This document shows, piece after piece, positions 27,166 to 36,247 of a stretch of DNA of 64,000 bases. Made by a program: the position numbers and the translations under genes. The DNA comes from Candidatus Woesearchaeota archaeon (GTDB lineage Archaea; Nanobdellota; Nanobdellia; Pacearchaeales; GW2011-AR1), in contig CAZSPD010000001.1 of NCBI GenBank assembly GCA_964608765.1, positions 6,373 to 70,372 on the forward strand, read 5' to 3'. Within the stretch, counting starts at the first letter, position 1; the number at the start of each line of letters is the position of its first letter. Below the pieces are notes generated by a model. It saw only the letters and a program-made list of their open reading frames with translations, did not search any database and was not told the DNA's origin.

Positions 27166-27468
27166 CTACTCTATCTTGTTCATTTCTTTTTTAATCTCTT
27201 TAAAAGGAAATGGTCTTTCATTTGTTGAAAATGTCATATACCTAAAGAAATAATATTGCTGAGTATTCCAAGATTCTGACATCCTTGCTAAATCATCTAT
27301 TCTTTTCCCACTAAATATTTTATAAAAAAAGTTTATTAAAAAAAACACTCCAATTAACCAAGCCCACACATAAATTATTATTCCAGATACTATTCCAATA
27401 GGAATTCTCATTAATGCTTCACTTTTCTCGTTTTTTATTTTATCACTCTCTTTTTTCTTTTTAGCCAT
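27166..27468 (-). CDS. DUF4389-like membrane protein
   Basis: TM hairpin followed by IFSGKR...YMTFSTNERPFPF. Confidence 0.75.
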   Translation of the reverse strand: MAKKKKESDKIKNEKSEALMRIPIGIVSGIIIYVWAWLIGVFFLINFFYKIFSGKRIDDLARMSESWNTQQYYFFRYMTFSTNERPFPFKEIKKEMNKIE

Positions 27469-27803
27469 TCTCTTTTTTGTGTTTTATATTTTATAAATTC
27501 TTTGTTAAAATCATATACAATAAATAAAATCATAATTCCTAAAACTACTATAGATAAAGGATTAAAATCAATTGCCCTTTGAAACTCTCCTCTCAATAAG
27601 CATGAAACTCCCCTGGTTATTCCAACAGAATAACAATATTTTCCAAATATCTTAGAACAAATAGAAAATTCATGTGTTTTTTCAATAATGTAAAATGGGA
27701 GTGCTCTTAATAATATTAAAACACCTAAAAAAGTAAAAAATCTGTATTTTGGATAACTTAAACTAATTAGTTTAGAAAAAAAATTCTTTAATCGTGAACC
27801 CAT
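27435..27803 (-). CDS. DUF2752-like membrane protein
   Basis: C..K.FGK.CYSVGITRG..LLRGEF.RA..FNPL; adjacent to a TM2 gene, as is common for this family. Confidence 0.7.
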   Translation of the reverse strand: MGSRLKNFFSKLISLSYPKYRFFTFLGVLILLRALPFYIIEKTHEFSICSKIFGKYCYSVGITRGVSCLLRGEFQRAIDFNPLSIVVLGIMILFIVYDFNKEFIKYKTQKREWLKRKKRVIK

Positions 27804-28054
27804 TTAATACCTTTAAATGGATGTTTTGTAGCAACAAGTATTAAGTCAACTAACCACCAAACTCCACACCCTCCAAAAGTTATTAGCTTGAGTATTCCTA
27901 GTCCAACATGTCCCATAATGAATCTATCTACACCTAATCCTCCAAATATAATTGACATAATTAATGTTAATACCCAATTAACTTCTCTTTCATTTTTAGG
28001 AAGATTTTTTTTAGTGCTCTGTTTTTTATCTTCACCTTTTTTCTTTTTAGCCAT
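27788..28054 (-). CDS. TM2 domain protein
   Basis: SIIFGGLGVDRFIMGHVGLGILKLITFGGCGVWWLVDLI. Confidence 0.9.
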   Translation of the reverse strand: MAKKKKGEDKKQSTKKNLPKNEREVNWVLTLIMSIIFGGLGVDRFIMGHVGLGILKLITFGGCGVWWLVDLILVATKHPFKGIKWVHD

Positions 28055-28083
28055 GTATTTACTAATGAACTCTCCTTTATAAA

Positions 28084-28485
28084 TTATCTATATGAAGTTT
28101 GTCTCTTAGCTCTAGCTTTAGAATCACCTGGTTTATTAGCTTCTTTTCTCCTTACATCTGCAACTAAAAGATGTTTATCATACTCAAAAAATACATCTTC
28201 TAGTTTTTCTGAGTTTGTGAATTTAATAATTGCTCTGGCTATAGCTAATCTTGCAGCATCAACTTGTCCTTTTTCTCCACCACCCTTCACAGATACCTTA
28301 ATATCAAAATTTATTTTTCCAAGTATTTTTTCTGCAATTATTATTGGCTCTTTTATTCTTAACATATCAAATTCATGCATATTTTCATAATTGATTTTAT
28401 TTAGAGTTATTTTTCCTGTTCCTTCTTTTATTTCTGCTTTTGCAATAGCAGTTTTTCTTTTACCTGATGCAATTATTTTACTCAT
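28084..28485 (-). CDS. rps9: 30S ribosomal protein uS9
   Basis: SGKRKTAIA, VKGGGEKGQ, ARAKRQTSYR. Confidence 0.97.
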   Translation of the reverse strand: MSKIIASGKRKTAIAKAEIKEGTGKITLNKINYENMHEFDMLRIKEPIIIAEKILGKINFDIKVSVKGGGEKGQVDAARLAIARAIIKFTNSEKLEDVFFEYDKHLLVADVRRKEANKPGDSKARAKRQTSYR

Positions 28486-28874
28486 TTTGATAAATGCTCT
28501 ACTTTAATATGTTTTATTTCCTCCTTTTTATCCAATGAAATAGATTCCATGTCTTTTAGTTCTTGAGGCACACCTTTATAGCATATTATTCTTTTAAATG
28601 CCTCTTTTCCTCTTCCCCTCCTATGATCAGGAAGCATGCCTCTTATCGCTCTCTTCACTATTCTTTCACTTGACCTTGAAACTTTAGGTCCTATTTGCCT
28701 TGTTCCAACTCTACTTCTTTTTTGAAGAAATGCTTTTTCTGTAAATTCTTTATTTCCTGTTATAATAACCTTTTCACAATTAATTATTCTTATCTCTTCA
28801 CCTTTAAGAGACTCTTTAGCAACAAAACTAGCTAATCTTCCCAAAGCAGTATTTTCCCCATTAATTATCTTCAT
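28482..28874 (-). CDS. rpl13: 50S ribosomal protein uL13
   Basis: LGRLASFVAK, NCEKVIITG, RAIRGMLP. Confidence 0.97.
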   Translation of the reverse strand: MKIINGENTALGRLASFVAKESLKGEEIRIINCEKVIITGNKEFTEKAFLQKRSRVGTRQIGPKVSRSSERIVKRAIRGMLPDHRRGRGKEAFKRIICYKGVPQELKDMESISLDKKEEIKHIKVEHLSK

Positions 28875-29242
28875 TTTTTTAGTATCTTTATTCCTTTTCC
28901 ATTAGGATTTGATTTAATTTCGTCATGAATATATGATATTTGGCATTTTGAACTTAATAACTTTTCTTTAGCTTTATCTGAAAAATTTAATGCAATTATT
29001 TTAACTTTTTTATTTAATTCACCTTGAGAAAGAACTTTTCCTGGAATAAGTATTACCTCTCCTTCTTTTGATTGTTTATCTATATCATCAAGGTTCATGC
29101 ATATTCTCTTTCTTTTCGGAGTAGACAACATCCCAGCTACTGCAATCCATGCTTCTTGTTTTTTTGCACTATTAATTGTTTCAATTAATTCTGTATTGCT
29201 TTTTTTCTCTGTTTGTTTTGAGATTTTTGTTTTTGATTTCAT
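28871..29242 (-). CDS. rpl18e: 50S ribosomal protein eL18
   Basis: W..VA..L..P.R....NL, IPGKVLSQG, ALNFS..A..K; synteny with L13 and S9. Confidence 0.95.
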   Translation of the reverse strand: MKSKTKISKQTEKKSNTELIETINSAKKQEAWIAVAGMLSTPKRKRICMNLDDIDKQSKEGEVILIPGKVLSQGELNKKVKIIALNFSDKAKEKLLSSKCQISYIHDEIKSNPNGKGIKILKK

Positions 29243-29410
29243 TTTTATTTATTCAATGAACAACAAACTAGTAAAGTTTAGAAATTAACTCTACTATCGC
29301 TTGCGCTCGCAGACAAATTGGTTAATTTTATTGGATTTATAAATTATTCGGTTCACAGTTAATTTGTTTAATTGAGTTATTTTAACAATCCGAACAATTT
29401 TCTTTTTTTA

Positions 29411-29494
29411 TGTGGGTGCTAGGATTCGAACCTAGGAAAGCACTAAGCTAAGAGATTTTGAGTCTCTCCCGTTTGACCGCTCCGGCACACCCAC
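29411..29494 (-). tRNA. tRNA-Leu(CAA)
   Basis: GTGGGTG/CACCCAC acceptor stem, AGAGA-CTCAAAA-TCTCT anticodon arm, long variable arm, GGTTCGAATCC, discriminator A, no encoded CCA. Confidence 0.95.
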
Positions 29495-29604
29495 ATTTAC
29501 CACATAAAATTAAAATTCTATAAAAACCTTTATTTTAATTTGATGTAATTGTACAGTAGGAACAAAATAAAAAGGTTTATAAATATTACAGCTAGTCTAT
29601 AATC

Positions 29605-30060
29605 ATGAACCTAAAAAAAATTAACTTAAATTCACTAAAAGAACTTGAAAAACCTGGAATATCTCCTTTTTCAGAGAGTAAAGCATTTGATATGATAGGT
29701 CAAGAGAGAATAATTTCTTTAAAAAAAGCTATTTTTGAGATAAAGCAACTTATTGAAGAAAGAAAGCAATTGAGCTTAGGTTTCATAAATGAAGGGGAAG
29801 CAATAAAATCTGAAATAAGTAATCTAATACTCGCAAATGAAAGCACAATTAGAGCGCTCGGGCAAAATGAGGCTCTTATTGAAAAAAATGCTTTAAGAAA
29901 TAAAAAAATTGAAATTTCTGAACTACAATTAAATGAGAAAATTGATTGCTGGAAAGACATAGCCCTTCTAAAAAAGGAGCTTAGAGTATATGAGAAAGAA
30001 TTAAGTGAAAAAGAAAGCAGAGTTAAGGAATTAAATAATATTTTAGAAGGAGAAGATTAA
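29605..30060 (+). CDS. Coiled-coil hypothetical protein
   Basis: 151 aa, E/K/L heptads; TTTATAAA about 25 nt upstream. Confidence 0.8.
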   Translation: MNLKKINLNSLKELEKPGISPFSESKAFDMIGQERIISLKKAIFEIKQLIEERKQLSLGFINEGEAIKSEISNLILANESTIRALGQNEALIEKNALRNKKIEISELQLNEKIDCWKDIALLKKELRVYEKELSEKESRVKELNNILEGED

Positions 30061-30061
30061 A

Positions 30062-30397
30062 ATGAAAACTCTAATAAAAACCCCTGATTTTTACCTTCAA
30101 AAAGAGTTAGCAGATTCTTATTTATGGGAACTTGATTTTCAAGAAAAAATTATTGACAAATCTACAAAATACAATTCAGAAGACTTCCTAGAAAAAGCAA
30201 TAGGGCTCTATAAGAACATCTTTAGTTTAAAGGAAGGAGATTCTTATCTAGAGTATGTTTGCGGACATCTTGGACTCAATAAACAATCTATCCTTAAAAC
30301 TCTTGGAAAATTATACTCTGAACAATTATCTCTTTTAAGAAAAATAGGTATAAAAAATGCTTCTTATCCAGATAAACTAGAGGATTTAATAATTTAA
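30062..30397 (+). CDS. Hypothetical protein
   Basis: 111-aa ORF with 1-nt gaps to both neighbours. Confidence 0.75.
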   Translation: MKTLIKTPDFYLQKELADSYLWELDFQEKIIDKSTKYNSEDFLEKAIGLYKNIFSLKEGDSYLEYVCGHLGLNKQSILKTLGKLYSEQLSLLRKIGIKNASYPDKLEDLII

Positions 30398-30398
30398 A

Positions 30399-32426
30399 GT
30401 GAATTACAATAAACAAATTTCAGTAGAAGAAATAAGTTCAAAACTTAAACCGATACTTGGAAGGAGAATAGATGAACTTTATTTTAGATATTCTGTTTCT
30501 GAATCGCAAGAAGAAAGAATTCAAATTATTCAAATTTTAAGTGCATTATATCAAAAATATTTGGGGCAATTTTTAGACAAGAAAGTATTACTTGAGCCCC
30601 CTAAACAAACAGATGTTTCAGGAGAATATGAACTTTCAAAAGTAATTTATGCAGAAAAAGAATTATTTCCTTTTGCATTAAGAGAAGAAGATTGGCCTAG
30701 ACACGTTTGTATAAGTGGAATGAGTGGTTCAGGAAAAACTACTTTTGCATTTAATATTCTTAAGGAATTTATTAAAAAAGATAAACCTTTTTTAGTGTTT
30801 GATTGGAAAAAGAGCTTTAGACCGTTAATTAATCATGATCCCAATGTAATGTGTTTTACAGTTGGAAATAACTCTATAAGTAATTTATTTAAAACAAATA
30901 TTAATATACCTCCAAAAGGGGTTTCACCTAAAGAGTGGATTAACACACTATGTGATTTAATAACTGAAAGTTTTTGTGTTTCATTCGGAGTTCATAAAAC
31001 ACTCTTAGAGACTCTTGATGAAGTTTTTGAGGGATGGGGTGTTTACAAAGGTTCTACACACTATCCAAATTGGCAACATATTAAGAAGATGCTTGAGATA
31101 AAGTCTAGAGAAGCAAGAGGAAGAGAAGCAGCTTGGTATGAAAGCGCCCTTAGGATAGCTACAGTTTTGACTTTTGGAGATTTTGGAAAAGTTATTAATT
31201 ATGAAGGTAAGAAGAGCATATCTATTGAAGAGATATTTGATAAGAAAATAATTTTTGAACTAAACTCACTTAGTAATATAGAAAAGAAGTTTTTTTCAGA
31301 ATATGTTTTATCATATATTTTTAAATTAAAAAAATCTAACTCTGAAAAAACAATAAATGAATTTAATCACGCAATTTTAGTGGATGAAGCCCATAATATT
31401 TTCCTTAAAGAAAAAACGCATTTTGTGTCAGAGTCTATTACAGATGTAATATATAGAGAGATGAGGGAGTATGGAACTTGTTTAATATGTTTGGACCAAC
31501 ATGTATCTAAATTAAGTGATACAGTAAAAGGAAATAGTGCGTGCCATGTTGCATTTCAACAACAATTACCTCAAGATATATACGATATAAGTTCTATAAT
31601 GCAATTATCTGAAAAAAGAGATGTTTTTACACATCTTCCAGTAGGATATGCAATTGTTAAGCTTTCTGAAAGACACACTCGTCCTTTTTTAATAAAAGCC
31701 CCATACATTGATTTAAAAAACTCTTCTATTCCAGATAATAAAATTTCGACTAAAATGGATTATATAGCAAGGATAGCAGAAGTTGAGAAGGATGATTTAG
31801 AATTTAAAAAAGCATTGATCGATGTAGCTACACCTTCAACAATAAATTCAATATCTATGGTATCTAATATCCAACCCAAATCAACTACTCCAAAACTAGA
31901 CAAGGATCTGTCTTCAAATAAACAATCCAGAAAAGAAGCTAAGCTAACAAGTACACAAGAAGTCCTTTATGAATTTATACAAAAACAAGTTAAAGTGAAT
32001 GGACTTCAAATAAAAGAAGCAGAGAGAACATTAGAAAAAGGACTTTCAGAGGGTCTTTACAAAGAATTAGATATACTTCTTGCAACAAACTATTTCTTTG
32101 AAAAAGAAATGAGTAATAAATATTATTTAGATTTAGAATTTAAAGAGAACAAGGACTATTGCATAGATGATACATTTAGTCAAAAAAATATTTTAAATAA
32201 TAATATTGTAGACAAGGTTCAATACTCTGCTGATGAGCAAGCACTTTTAAGCTTCTTATACAAAAATCCTAATCATTATTTAAGTACAGTTGAATTATAT
32301 AAACATGCAAGTGTTTCTTCAAGAAAAGGAAATATTGCTAAAAATAATTTATTACTCAAAGGAAAAATTAAAATACATGAAGAAAGAAGTAATACGGGAT
32401 GGAAAAAAATAATAAGATTAATATAA
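30399..32426 (+). CDS. HerA/DUF87-family ATPase with probable C-terminal winged-HTH
   Basis: RHVCISGMSGSGKT, VFDWK, ILVDEAHN, REMREYG...DQ; C-terminal LSTVELYK..SSRKG..KNNLL.KG.I. Confidence 0.85.
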   Translation: MNYNKQISVEEISSKLKPILGRRIDELYFRYSVSESQEERIQIIQILSALYQKYLGQFLDKKVLLEPPKQTDVSGEYELSKVIYAEKELFPFALREEDWPRHVCISGMSGSGKTTFAFNILKEFIKKDKPFLVFDWKKSFRPLINHDPNVMCFTVGNNSISNLFKTNINIPPKGVSPKEWINTLCDLITESFCVSFGVHKTLLETLDEVFEGWGVYKGSTHYPNWQHIKKMLEIKSREARGREAAWYESALRIATVLTFGDFGKVINYEGKKSISIEEIFDKKIIFELNSLSNIEKKFFSEYVLSYIFKLKKSNSEKTINEFNHAILVDEAHNIFLKEKTHFVSESITDVIYREMREYGTCLICLDQHVSKLSDTVKGNSACHVAFQQQLPQDIYDISSIMQLSEKRDVFTHLPVGYAIVKLSERHTRPFLIKAPYIDLKNSSIPDNKISTKMDYIARIAEVEKDDLEFKKALIDVATPSTINSISMVSNIQPKSTTPKLDKDLSSNKQSRKEAKLTSTQEVLYEFIQKQVKVNGLQIKEAERTLEKGLSEGLYKELDILLATNYFFEKEMSNKYYLDLEFKENKDYCIDDTFSQKNILNNNIVDKVQYSADEQALLSFLYKNPNHYLSTVELYKHASVSSRKGNIAKNNLLLKGKIKIHEERSNTGWKKIIRLI

Positions 32427-32759
32427 GTTAATTACACTATTGCCCTTAGTCAAAATCATATTCACACACATCGAACCAAGAAATAACCCTTCATTTCAAA
32501 TATACTGAAATCGAAAATAAAGAAGATTTCATATAAATTTGATTTGAATTTACACCTTGTTGAACCAAACAACGTGAAATACCTTGTAATGTCACTCAGA
32601 CACAAACCAAGAAACTGAAAACACAAAATAAAATAAAATTACTCAAAATTTACTTAGTGGATATCTTGTTCTTTACCTGAAATATCCTGAAAAACCCTGT
32701 AATAACCTCGATAAAAGCTTCTAATATATTCTAGCTAATAACTAATAATAACAATAATC

Positions 32760-33056
32760 ATGAAAACATTTTTTATAAATTTACTCAAAGTAATGATGTA
32801 TTCTTCATTTACTTTAAGTGTTCTATTTGTCCTTCTTTTTCCTTTTTTAGAAATAGAAGCAACAGAAACTACTCCTTGCTACGAGTCTCCCATTCAATTT
32901 TGGGATACTTTAAAAAACATAATAGATCATCTTTTTAATTCTCTTAAAATAGATTTTAGAGTAACCCAATTAGAGATTTTTATATTTTTACTTGCCTTTT
33001 CTTTAGCCTTTGGGTTTCTTTTTAAGTGGATATTAAGAAGACTTGAAAATATGTAA
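32760..33056 (+). CDS. Small membrane protein
   Basis: Two hydrophobic segments, 98 aa. Confidence 0.6.
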   Translation: MKTFFINLLKVMMYSSFTLSVLFVLLFPFLEIEATETTPCYESPIQFWDTLKNIIDHLFNSLKIDFRVTQLEIFIFLLAFSLAFGFLFKWILRRLENM

Positions 33057-33088
33057 AATTAATTTAATACTAACTAAAATTTTAACTT

Positions 33089-33253
33089 ATGGAAAACGAG
33101 AAAGATTATTATTCTAAAAAATCTCCTAAAAAAGATTTGTCTGAGTTTATTGTCCCCTCTTTTCTCGCCCACACAAACCGTATAGGTAAACAGGAGAGAA
33201 AAACATCATCTAAAGCAACAAAGCTTTCAAAGAAAAAACCAAATGACCAATGA
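33089..33253 (+). CDS. Small basic hypothetical protein (54 aa, not in ORF track)
   Basis: ATG..TGA reading MENEKDYYSKKSPKKDLSEFIVPSF... fills the gap between co-oriented ORFs. Confidence 0.4.
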   Translation: MENEKDYYSKKSPKKDLSEFIVPSFLAHTNRIGKQERKTSSKATKLSKKKPNDQ

Positions 33254-33274
33254 TTTTAAGAAAGGGCCTTTGTT

Positions 33275-33694
33275 ATGGCTGAGATTAAAGATATTTCTCA
33301 CGATGAGATTATTCTCATCCCTGCAAAAAGCAGCTTTGAAGATTTAGATTACCCCTTTTCCCGCTATAAAGGAAATTTTTGCGGAGATAATGGAGAGTGT
33401 ACAACAACAGCGCACATAATATTGTTTAATTGTGCAGATGTAGCCAGAATTCCTTTTTTAGTTAATTTAGAGATTCAATGTCTAGAAAAATACATTTCAG
33501 AGAACCCTTACATCGAAGAAATTAGATTCCAGCTTGAATTTTTCCTAGCTTTAAAAGAGTATTTGATTGAAAGTTCTTTACAATATTCTCCTTCAGATAA
33601 TCTTATCCAGTTTATTTCTGAAAAATGCGTTCCCTCCATAAAAAAAGAAAATGTTATTTTTTTAAAGGGAGTTAAATGCTTAACAGGAGAATAA
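33275..33694 (+). CDS. Hypothetical protein
   Basis: 139-aa ORF with no recognised motif. Confidence 0.6.
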   Translation: MAEIKDISHDEIILIPAKSSFEDLDYPFSRYKGNFCGDNGECTTTAHIILFNCADVARIPFLVNLEIQCLEKYISENPYIEEIRFQLEFFLALKEYLIESSLQYSPSDNLIQFISEKCVPSIKKENVIFLKGVKCLTGE

Positions 33695-33703
33695 TTATTT
33701 TCT

Positions 33704-33759
33704 GAAGGCTTCTGACTGAACTGTTTTTTCCCTATTTGATTTTCTTTTCAGAAGCCTTC
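33704..33759. repeat. Perfect 12-bp inverted repeat with 32-nt spacer
   Basis: GAAGGCTTCTGA (33704-33715) and TCAGAAGCCTTC (33748-33759). Confidence 0.75.
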
Positions 33760-33905
33760 TTTAAATGAAATTTCATTACTAAATGATAAATAACTAAAAT
33801 AAGTAACATTCAAAAAAAAGGGAAATTAAAACAGTTCAAAAATGGGGTGAACTCCCACATGATTCTTGAGAATTTTTAATTGTTTAATTTTTAAATCTTA
33901 AAAAA

Positions 33906-34433
33906 ATGAAAAAGATTTTATTTTTAGCAGTGATTTTTGCTCTTGCTCTGGGAGCAGGCTGCAAAAGGAAAGTTGAACAAGCTCCTCCACCTCCACCTCC
34001 TACGCCTGTTGAAAAACAGAGTCAGCAGGAAATGATGAAGAGCTTTGTTCAGATTGTCTCCAATCTCAAACTAGGAGAAGTAATCCACTTTAAGGTAGAT
34101 AGGGAGAAATTCATCTCAGATTACTCTGCATTTGATGTCTCACTCTTTCCTACTGAGTTCTTTACTTCATCAGAAGAAAAGTATCTTTTGAAGTATATGT
34201 TTCCATCTGTTGTTTGGAGATGGGACGAGTTTCAGCTTCAGGTTTTAAATCTCGAGGAATATTATATTCACAGAGAAGATGGAGGGAAAGTTTGGATATT
34301 GAAAGAATCTCCAAAAGGAACACCTCCATTCAAAAATATTCCAACTGTTTTAGCTGAAGCAAGAGACGGAAACTTCTGGGTTCTTGATCAGAATGGAAAT
34401 GAGATGCCTCTCCGAGCTAATTTCGGAAAGTAA
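33906..34433 (+). CDS. Lipoprotein with Pro-rich linker
   Basis: MKKILFLAVIFALALGAG|C lipobox followed by QAPPPPPPTP. Confidence 0.8.
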   Translation: MKKILFLAVIFALALGAGCKRKVEQAPPPPPPTPVEKQSQQEMMKSFVQIVSNLKLGEVIHFKVDREKFISDYSAFDVSLFPTEFFTSSEEKYLLKYMFPSVVWRWDEFQLQVLNLEEYYIHREDGGKVWILKESPKGTPPFKNIPTVLAEARDGNFWVLDQNGNEMPLRANFGK

Positions 34434-34470
34434 TCTTATCTATCTAATTCTAACATTGACTCGTAAAATT

Positions 34471-34505
34471 GCCTGATAGAGTATAAATAAATCAGGCTTT
34501 TTTTT
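34471..34505 (+). terminator. Hairpin plus U-tract terminator
   Basis: GCCTGAT..ATCAGGC stem followed by T8, between convergent genes. Confidence 0.65.
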
Positions 34506-34577
34506 GATTAAACATATGAAAATAAATTCATATATTATTACATCCAAAAATACTTTTAGTCATAAAACACCTAAAAT

Positions 34578-35285
34578 CTATTTTCCTAGTTTTTTAGAAA
34601 TATCAACTAAGTCTTTTTTTAAACATTCAATTGATTTAGTAAATATTGCCTTAGGGTCAATATGCCCAAATGATTCTAATTCAATTATCATCTCTTTATT
34701 TGGTTTTACTTCAATTTTTTTTCCTAATTTTTCTGCAACACCGTCACAAATATCTGTTATTTCTCTTTCTTTATTATCTATTAAAATATATTTATCTCCT
34801 TTTTGTTTTATTTCAGTATCAGGTAATAGGCTTTTTATTTTTTCAGCAGTTTCTTTATCAACATAGATTTCAGAAGCCTCTCTATAATTTAATAGTCCAG
34901 GAGTAAATTTAGCGTGGTCTTGTCCTTTACCCATTTTAATATTAGCTACAATTTCTATTTCTTGTTCCTCGTCAAGTATAGTAAGAGGTATTCTATCATA
35001 AGCCACTTCAAAATCCCCTTTTAATAACTCTGAGTAAACTGTTCCTTTGTTCTTAGTATTTAATTTTAATTTACCCTCTTTTTTTGAATTTTGTTTTAAA
35101 GGAACTAACCCTAATCTATGAGCGAGTGTTTCATCATATAAAGGAGAATCATTTTTAGATATTTCAACTTCATCAATTGCAGCAATTAATATTTGTCCAA
35201 CATATCTTCTTATTGAATTAATTAAACTATCCTCTATTTCTGCTTTGAAAATATACTTATCTTTTGTTTTATTTATTGTTTCCAT
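34578..35285 (-). CDS. rpoD: DNA-directed RNA polymerase subunit D (Rpo3)
   Basis: NSIRR, NDSPLYDETLAHRLGLVPL, G.G.DHAKF.P, ESFG; follows S11. Confidence 0.96.
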   Translation of the reverse strand: METINKTKDKYIFKAEIEDSLINSIRRYVGQILIAAIDEVEISKNDSPLYDETLAHRLGLVPLKQNSKKEGKLKLNTKNKGTVYSELLKGDFEVAYDRIPLTILDEEQEIEIVANIKMGKGQDHAKFTPGLLNYREASEIYVDKETAEKIKSLLPDTEIKQKGDKYILIDNKEREITDICDGVAEKLGKKIEVKPNKEMIIELESFGHIDPKAIFTKSIECLKKDLVDISKKLGK

Positions 35286-35750
35286 TTAAACTCTACGTCC
35301 TCTTCTTCCTCCCTTCTTCTTTGGTCCCCCGCGCGGAACTCTTGTTGTATCTAATATATTTATTATTTTAAATCCTTCCCTTGATAGACTTTTTATAATA
35401 GCATTAGCGCCAGGCCCTGGACCAGTATTCCCTGTTTTAGCTCTTATTCTTACATATAGGGATTTAATTCCTTTATCTTTCATTTCTTCTGAAATTCTTT
35501 TTGCAATGAACATTGCGATTGTAGGATTTGCCTTTAATCTACTATGTTTTGTAACCATCCCTCCTGAGACTTTAGAGATTGTTCTTCCAGATGCATCAGT
35601 TACATGAGCTATTGTGTTATTAAATGAAGTGTAAATATTAAGAACAGCTTCTATTTCCTTTTCTTTTTTCTTAATAATTTGCTTTTTTTCAAGTTCTTTA
35701 TCTGGAGTTTCTTTTTCTAAATCTTTTTCTTTTATTTCTTCTTGTGCCAC
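35286..35750 (-). CDS. rps11: 30S ribosomal protein uS11
   Basis: IYTSFNNTIAHVTD, GPGPGA, GGRRGRRV; GTG start. Confidence 0.96.
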   Translation of the reverse strand: MAQEEIKEKDLEKETPDKELEKKQIIKKKEKEIEAVLNIYTSFNNTIAHVTDASGRTISKVSGGMVTKHSRLKANPTIAMFIAKRISEEMKDKGIKSLYVRIRAKTGNTGPGPGANAIIKSLSREGFKIINILDTTRVPRGGPKKKGGRRGRRV

Positions 35751-35751
35751 T

Positions 35752-36246
35752 TTATTCCTTATCTCCCTTTTCTATTTTTTTATCTTCTTTTTTTAGAGTT
35801 TTTTTATTTTTTAAAGTTATTTTATTTTCAAGTTCAACTGGAACAATATACGAGGGTGCGCTTACTGCTCTTCCATTAACTAAAATTTTTTTGTGTACAA
35901 TTAATTGTCTAGCTTGTTTAGTGCTATAAGCTATTTTATTTGTAAATACTACTGTCTGCAATCTTCTTTTAAGGTAGTCTTTTTTATCTAAAGATAAAAC
36001 AGATGAAATTGAATCTACATTTAATCCTATTTTATTTAATTGGTCAAATAATGCTTGCTGCTCTTCAGGTTTAGCTGAGATTAATTTTTTAGCCTTTTCC
36101 CTCATTGTTTTTATTTTTGCTTCAGCTTTCCAGATTTCTTTTTTATTCTTTAATCCAAATTCCTCAATTATTTCTCCTTCCTCACTTATCCTTGATTTGT
36201 CAAAAGGTCTCTTCGGTTTTGAGTATCTTTTATGTTTTCTTTTCAT
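35752..36246 (-). CDS. rps4: 30S ribosomal protein uS4
   Basis: GLKNKKEIWK, RRLQTVV, QARQLIVH. Confidence 0.96.
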   Translation of the reverse strand: MKRKHKRYSKPKRPFDKSRISEEGEIIEEFGLKNKKEIWKAEAKIKTMREKAKKLISAKPEEQQALFDQLNKIGLNVDSISSVLSLDKKDYLKRRLQTVVFTNKIAYSTKQARQLIVHKKILVNGRAVSAPSYIVPVELENKITLKNKKTLKKEDKKIEKGDKE

Positions 36247-36247
36247 T

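Noticed and set aside
25887-29494. Integrated element bounded by the recombinase and tRNA-Leu(CAA)
   Set aside because: The interval holds core ribosomal protein genes, and no duplicated tRNA end (att site) was found.
32427-32759. Long intergenic region with short repeats (AACCAAGAAA x2, CTAATAATAA x2) considered as an origin or ncRNA
   Set aside because: Low-complexity AT-rich sequence with no ORB-like boxes, no adjacent cdc6 and no convincing fold.
34504-34906. Plus-strand ORFs of 120 and 78 aa
   Set aside because: Antisense to rpoD with no motifs. The same applies to the other short antisense ORFs over ribosomal and glycosyltransferase genes.
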